55,461 nucleotides of DNA. Source: Pseudomonadota bacterium (GTDB lineage: Bacteria; Pseudomonadota; Gammaproteobacteria; Steroidobacterales; Steroidobacteraceae). The stretch lies in NCBI GenBank assembly GCA_041159695.1, contig JBEAXT010000043.1, forward strand, positions 1 through 55,461, written 5' to 3'. Made by a program: the position numbers and the translations under genes. Under the pieces are notes generated by a model. It saw only the letters and a list, made by a program, of their open reading frames with translations, was not told the origin of the DNA and made no database searches. Positions 50,299-55,461 of the stretch are shown one piece after another (positions within the stretch are counted from its first letter, which is position 1; each line of letters starts with the position of its first letter).

Positions 50299-51906
50299 TC
50301 AGTGCATCGCGCCCTGAGAGATGACCGCGCGCGACGGCGGGGTTTCCCAGCTGTGGTACGGCGCCGGTGTCGGAAGCTCCCACTCGAGGCCATGCGCTCC
50401 TTCCCACGGGCGATCAGCCGCTTTTTCGCCCGAGCGCACAGCGCTCCAGACGACGTAGACGAAGAGCAGCTGAGAGAAGCCGAAGATGAAAGCGCCGACC
50501 GACGACACCATGTTCCAGTCGGCGAACTGGGTCGAGTAGTCGGGAATGCGGCGAGGCATGCCGGCGAGCCCCAGGAAGTGTTGCGGGAAAAACAGCACGT
50601 TCACGCCGATGGTCGACAGCCAGAAGTGCACCTTGCCGACTTTCTCGTTGTACATCCGACCCGTCCACTTCGGCAGCCAGTAGTACACGCCCGCCATGAT
50701 GGCGAAGACGGCGCCCGGCACCAGCACATAGTGGAAGTGCGCGACCACGAAATAACTGTCGTGATACTGGAAGTCCGCCGGGACGATGGCGAGCATCAAA
50801 CCCGAGAAACCGCCGAGCGTGAACAGAAATAGAAAGGCCAACGCGAAGAGCATCGGCGTCTCGAAGCTGATCGAGCCTTTCCACATAGTCGCGCACCAGT
50901 TGAAGACTTTCACGCCGGTCGGTACCGCGATGAGCATCGTGGAGAGCATGAAGAACAGCTGTCCCGCGAGCGGCATGCCCACCGTGAACATGTGATGTGC
51001 CCAGACGATGAAAGAGAGGAACGCGATCGATGCAGTGGCATAAACCATCGACTCGTAGCCGAACAACGGCTTGCGCGAGAATGTCGGGATGATTTCCGAC
51101 ACGACACCGAATGCCGGCAGGATGAGGATGTAGACCTCGGGATGACCGAAGAACCAGAAGATGTGTTGGAACATCACCGGGTCACCACCGCCCGCGGCCG
51201 CGAAGAAGCTCGTGCCGAAGAAATAATCCGTGAGCAGCATCGTCACCGCACCTGCGAGCACGGGCATGACCGCGATCAGCAGGTAAGCCGTGATGAGCCA
51301 GGTCCAGCAGAAGAGCGGCATGTTGAGCAAACCCATACCCGGCGCGCGCATGTTGAGGATGGTGACGACCACGTTGATGGCACCGAGGATCGACGAGATA
51401 CCCATCAGGTGAATCGCAAAGATCGTGAGCGGGAAACTGTCACCCGCCTGCAGCGACAACGGCGGATAGAGCGTCCAGCCACCCGCCGGGGCGCCGCCCG
51501 GTACGAAGAGTGTGAGCAACAGCAGCGTGAAGGCGAACGGCAGCAGCCAGAAACTGAAATTGTTGAGTCGGGGCAGCGCCATATCGGGGGCGCCGACCTG
51601 CATGGGCACCATCCAGTTGGCGAGTCCCGTCCACGCCGGCATCACCGCGCCGAAAATCATGAGCAGCGCATGCATGGTGGTCATGGAATTGAAGAAGCCT
51701 GGATCGACGAATTGCAATCCTGGTTGGAAGAGCTCCGCGCGAATGACGAGCGCCATCGCGCCGCCGAGGAAGAACATCACACAGGCAAACACCAAGTACA
51801 TCGTGCCGATGTCCTTGTGGTTGGTCGCATAGAGCCAGCGCTTGAGGCCTTGCGGCTTGTGATCGTGATGATCGTGCGCGTGGTCGTGAGTCGCGGTGTT
51901 GGCCAT
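50299..51906 (-). CDS. ctaD: cytochrome c oxidase subunit I
   Basis: 535 aa with [36 protein letters not shown] and VAHFHYVL. Confidence 0.97.
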   Translation of the reverse strand: MANTATHDHAHDHHDHKPQGLKRWLYATNHKDIGTMYLVFACVMFFLGGAMALVIRAELFQPGLQFVDPGFFNSMTTMHALLMIFGAVMPAWTGLANWMVPMQVGAPDMALPRLNNFSFWLLPFAFTLLLLTLFVPGGAPAGGWTLYPPLSLQAGDSFPLTIFAIHLMGISSILGAINVVVTILNMRAPGMGLLNMPLFCWTWLITAYLLIAVMPVLAGAVTMLLTDYFFGTSFFAAAGGGDPVMFQHIFWFFGHPEVYILILPAFGVVSEIIPTFSRKPLFGYESMVYATASIAFLSFIVWAHHMFTVGMPLAGQLFFMLSTMLIAVPTGVKVFNWCATMWKGSISFETPMLFALAFLFLFTLGGFSGLMLAIVPADFQYHDSYFVVAHFHYVLVPGAVFAIMAGVYYWLPKWTGRMYNEKVGKVHFWLSTIGVNVLFFPQHFLGLAGMPRRIPDYSTQFADWNMVSSVGAFIFGFSQLLFVYVVWSAVRSGEKAADRPWEGAHGLEWELPTPAPYHSWETPPSRAVISQGAMH

Positions 51907-51969
51907 GATATTCGTGCTCTCTCGATTTATTTCTTGCGTTGAATTCTTTGACTAGCGATGGGACGTCGT

Positions 51970-52866
51970 TCAGCCGCGCGGCGTTGCGGGGAGGCCGGCG
52001 ACGGTGGGTGCCGCATCGCTGACGGGCTCTGCGGTGGTTTCAGCGGGAGCCGACGCGCCGGCCTTTTGACTGGCGAGCCAGGTTCGGTACTCCTCTTTGG
52101 TGACCACCTTGACCACGATGGGCATGAAGCCGTGGTCACGTCCGCACAGTTCCGCACACTGACCGCGGTAGAGACCGGTTTTTCCTTTCTCCACCTTGAA
52201 CCACAATTCGTTGACGTTGCCGGGGATCGCGTCTTTCTTCATGCCGAATGCCGGAACCCACCATGCATGAATGACGTCCTGCGCGGTCAGCAGCACGCGA
52301 ACTTTGGTGTCCTCGGGTACGACGAGCGGGTTGTCGACGTTGAGCAGATAGTTCTCCACCGACTTCGGGTCGACGCCTGAACCGAGTTGACGCGCTTCGT
52401 CACTCGCACGATCGAGAGCCGAGAAGAACTTCACATCTTCCCCGAGGTAGTCGTAGTGCCACTTCCACTGGTAGCCGGTCACCTTGATGCTGATCTCGGT
52501 ATTACGGGTGTCCTCGATCGCGATCAGCGTGCGTGCCGCCGGAATGGCCATGATCACGAGAATGAAAACCGGGATCACCGTCCAGATGATTTCAGCTTTG
52601 GTGCTGTGGGTCATGGTCGTGTCGGGCTTTGCACCCTGCGATTTACGGAAGGCGACCAGCGACCAGATCATCCATCCGAATACGAACACGCCGATGGCCA
52701 CGCACCACCAGAAAATCGTCATGTGCAGTGCGTGAATTTCCTTGGACAACACGGTGACGCCCACCGGCATGTTCAAGTTGCCCCATTCGGCGTGGGCGGT
52801 GAGGGGGGCAAGGCTGCCCAGCATCGCGAAGACGGCAGAGAGGGCAGAGCGAACGAGTTTGGTCAT
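51970..52866 (-). CDS. ctaC: cytochrome c oxidase subunit II (CuA domain; no fused cytochrome c domain seen)
   Basis: 298 aa with a signal/TM region, YQWKWHYDY and the CuA site HAWWVP...GQCAELCGRDHGFMP. No CxxCH motif is present. The C-terminus is an Ala/Pro/Thr-rich tail. Confidence 0.93.
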   Translation of the reverse strand: MTKLVRSALSAVFAMLGSLAPLTAHAEWGNLNMPVGVTVLSKEIHALHMTIFWWCVAIGVFVFGWMIWSLVAFRKSQGAKPDTTMTHSTKAEIIWTVIPVFILVIMAIPAARTLIAIEDTRNTEISIKVTGYQWKWHYDYLGEDVKFFSALDRASDEARQLGSGVDPKSVENYLLNVDNPLVVPEDTKVRVLLTAQDVIHAWWVPAFGMKKDAIPGNVNELWFKVEKGKTGLYRGQCAELCGRDHGFMPIVVKVVTKEEYRTWLASQKAGASAPAETTAEPVSDAAPTVAGLPATPRG

Positions 52867-52869
52867 GGC

Positions 52870-53367
52870 TTATCCGGTTGGTCGATCAATGTGCAACGGC
52901 GGGGATTCAGCGATTCGGCCAATCAAGCGACGAAGTCGCTTGGCGAGACTGAGCCGCTCCTGCTCATTGAGGAACGAACCGATCTCGAGGCCGCGACCAT
53001 GCGATTCGACGGTCAGTCGACTCGGATGCAGCGGTGAACCCCCGGTGCGAATTCTAACTTGAGCCCAGTGTCGCGGGAACTCGACACGCCGATGATTGGG
53101 CGGTGACACATCTTCGATGGTGACGAGATCATCCGAAACGATGATGGTTTGCCGCTGGTGCCGCCTCGCCATGCTGACCCGCAGCGCCCAGGCGACGAGT
53201 GCAATTTCCAGCCCGGCAAAGGGCAAAACGAGCCAGAAACCCATGAGCGAAATGGGCAGGGCGATCGAGAGCGAAGCGACACAAATGCTGATGAGAAACC
53301 AGCGCGCTCCGCGGGGCGACAGCGAGCAATGGGGCGCAATTTCGATGCGGGCTTCAGGCTCGGGCAT
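52870..53367 (-). CDS. DUF2244-like integral membrane protein upstream of ctaC
   Basis: About 165 aa from ATG 53367 with IAPHCSLSPRGARWFL, two TM helices and GLEIALVAWAL. The family call is from memory. Confidence 0.6.
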   Translation of the reverse strand: MPEPEARIEIAPHCSLSPRGARWFLISICVASLSIALPISLMGFWLVLPFAGLEIALVAWALRVSMARRHQRQTIIVSDDLVTIEDVSPPNHRRVEFPRHWAQVRIRTGGSPLHPSRLTVESHGRGLEIGSFLNEQERLSLAKRLRRLIGRIAESPPLHIDRPTG

Positions 53368-53454
53368 GGATGAGGGCCTCTGCGGGCAACGGGATGCTAC
53401 CGGCCAATTAAATTCCAACCCATACAATCACTTACGGTCTGAAACAGAGTTCCG

Positions 53455-54144
53455 CTAGCCGACCACCAGGCGGCCAAACGCTTGCCTGCCGAGGCGGAGG
53501 CGCGTGGGGTCGTCCGCGCCATGGGGAAACACGGCCAACGGCGGTACCCCGAGCAGGGACTCCAGAGACGCAAGGTTTTCTTCGCTTCGAGACAGGTTCG
53601 GATCGATCCGATTGCCGATCCAGCCAGCGAGCGTGATCCCCGAATGACGGATCGCCTCGGCAGTCAGCACCGCATGGTTGAGGCATCCCAGCCGGAGCCC
53701 GACCACCAGCAACACGGGTAGGGCGATGGCTTGCGCGAGATCCGCGATGCTCTGGCCGGGGCCGAGCGGTGCACGCCACCCACCTGCGCCCTCGACCACC
53801 AGCCAGTCATATTGTGTCGCTCGGCTGCGGGCCAAGGCGGCGATTTGTCGAACATCCATGTCGATCCCCGCTTCAGCTGCCGCGAGATGTGGCGAGATGG
53901 GCGGCTCAAAACAATAGGGATTCGTCGCCTCGTAATCCGACTCGCCCGCCGCCGCCATCAGCGCAAGCGCATCTTCGTTTCGTAAGCCCGCGGGAGTCCG
54001 CTCAGCGCCGGAGGCCACGGGTTTCATGACACCGACCCGAAGTCCCTGGGACCGCGCAGCCGTGACTAACGCTGTCGAGACGAACGTCTTACCGATCTCG
54101 GTATCGGTTCCTGTGACGAAGACACCGTTGATGCGTCCGGTCAT
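53455..54144 (-). CDS. bioD: dethiobiotin synthetase
   Basis: 229 aa with the P-loop FVTGTDTEIGKT and VEGAGG. The ATG overlaps the stop of the upstream gene (ATGA). Confidence 0.9.
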   Translation of the reverse strand: MTGRINGVFVTGTDTEIGKTFVSTALVTAARSQGLRVGVMKPVASGAERTPAGLRNEDALALMAAAGESDYEATNPYCFEPPISPHLAAAEAGIDMDVRQIAALARSRATQYDWLVVEGAGGWRAPLGPGQSIADLAQAIALPVLLVVGLRLGCLNHAVLTAEAIRHSGITLAGWIGNRIDPNLSRSEENLASLESLLGVPPLAVFPHGADDPTRLRLGRQAFGRLVVG

Positions 54145-54727
54145 CGCCGCGAACTCCTCGGGAATGGCACGACCACCTCGCCGTCGCTCGTCCGACGTCT
54201 CCCGCCTCCGGAAAATGCCGCGACATAAATGGTCTCGCGTTCATCACTCTCGAATCTGTCGATATCGAGCACCGGTTCGACGAACCCGGCCCTCATCAAT
54301 GCACTGCCGAGATCATGGATGTCGGCCTGCCCACGGGATGCCGTCGCGCTCGGTGATGTACAAAGAAAAAGTCCGCCATCAACTAACACCCGGTGAATCT
54401 CCCTCAATGACGAATCAAGCGCCTCGATCCCTGGCGCCCAATCGTTGGCGATAACGAGATCGACGCTTCGATCGTCGAGTGGCCATTGAGTGAGTGTCGC
54501 ATCGATGTATTCGATGCGCGACCCGCGCCGAACGATGTGCTCGAAAACCGACGCAATCCATCCGACGGATTTCTTTGCTTTGCCCGTCGAAATAATGCGC
54601 GCTCGGGGAAACACCGCACGCAATGCCTCCGGTAGTCCCTCCCGTTGGCCGTCGATGTCGAGCACCACCGCCGGATTCAGGGCGAAATGATCGAGGCGAC
54701 TGAGTAACTCTTCATACACAAGCCGAC

Positions 54728-54731
<4 letters not shown>
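54141..54731 (-). CDS. BioC-position class I methyltransferase-fold protein, short and with a degenerate SAM-binding motif I
   Basis: 196 aa. Methyltransferase post-motifs are present (VDLVIANDW, LREIHRVLVDGGLFLCTS). Motif I reads VVLDIDGQREG (54636-54668) instead of VLDLGCGTG. It is flanked by ATGA overlaps with bioF and bioD. Confidence 0.6.

Positions 54732-55461
<730 letters not shown>

Noticed and set aside
50992-51942. 316-aa plus-strand ORF antisense to ctaD
   Set aside because: Cytochrome oxidase subunit I on the opposite strand is certain. The antisense product is extremely Arg/Glu/His/Asp-rich and not protein-like.
51970-52080. Ala/Pro/Thr-rich C-terminal tail of CoxB as a degenerate cytochrome c domain
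   Set aside because: There is no CxxCH motif and the tail is too short. It is probably just a low-complexity periplasmic tail.

Overview
This 55.5 kb window is high-GC, densely packed chromosomal DNA that looks gammaproteobacterial and spans the replication-origin neighbourhood. All calls were made by eye from the ORF track and remembered family motifs. No search or computation was run.

Gene content, left to right:
- glyQ (3' end), glyS, a plsC-type acyltransferase, a Tat-exported amidase, a phosphoribosyltransferase, a host-attachment-family protein and argG.
- The origin block: gyrB-recF-dnaN-dnaA on the minus strand, diverging from rpmH-rnpA-yidD-yidC-mnmE on the plus strand.
- A membrane protein, a nitrilase-fold protein and mnmG (minus strand).
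- A secreted esterase-like protein, trkH-trkA, two MFS transporters flanking uppP, pyrF, uvrD, an AI-2E permease, a VOC-fold protein and gloB.
- A complete Pseudomonas-type aa3 cytochrome c oxidase structural and assembly cluster, followed by bioD, a bioC-like gene and bioF (5' part off the edge).

The stand-out feature sits between gloB and the cox cluster. It is a 1831-aa ORF collinear with the trifunctional propionyl-CoA synthase (Pcs) of the Chloroflexus 3-hydroxypropionate bi-cycle. Its stop overlaps (ATGA) the start of a ~1261-aa ORF collinear with the bifunctional malonyl-CoA reductase (Mcr). An MBL-fold hydrolase follows 15 nt downstream. No other bi-cycle gene is visible in the window.

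Secondary observations:
- Mcr carries a roughly 45-residue lysine-rich N-terminal tail.
- A nitrilase-superfamily protein has Ser where the catalytic Cys should be.
- The BioC-position methyltransferase is short, has a degenerate SAM-binding motif, and no bioH is present.
- rnpA has no canonical start codon for its conserved N-terminus.
- The AT-rich dnaA-dnaN spacer carries DnaA-box-like sequences and is a candidate oriC.
- mnmG is unlinked from rsmG/parAB.

I saw no tRNA, rRNA, CRISPR array, IS element, integrase or phage gene. The many long antisense ORFs in the track are treated as high-GC artefacts.
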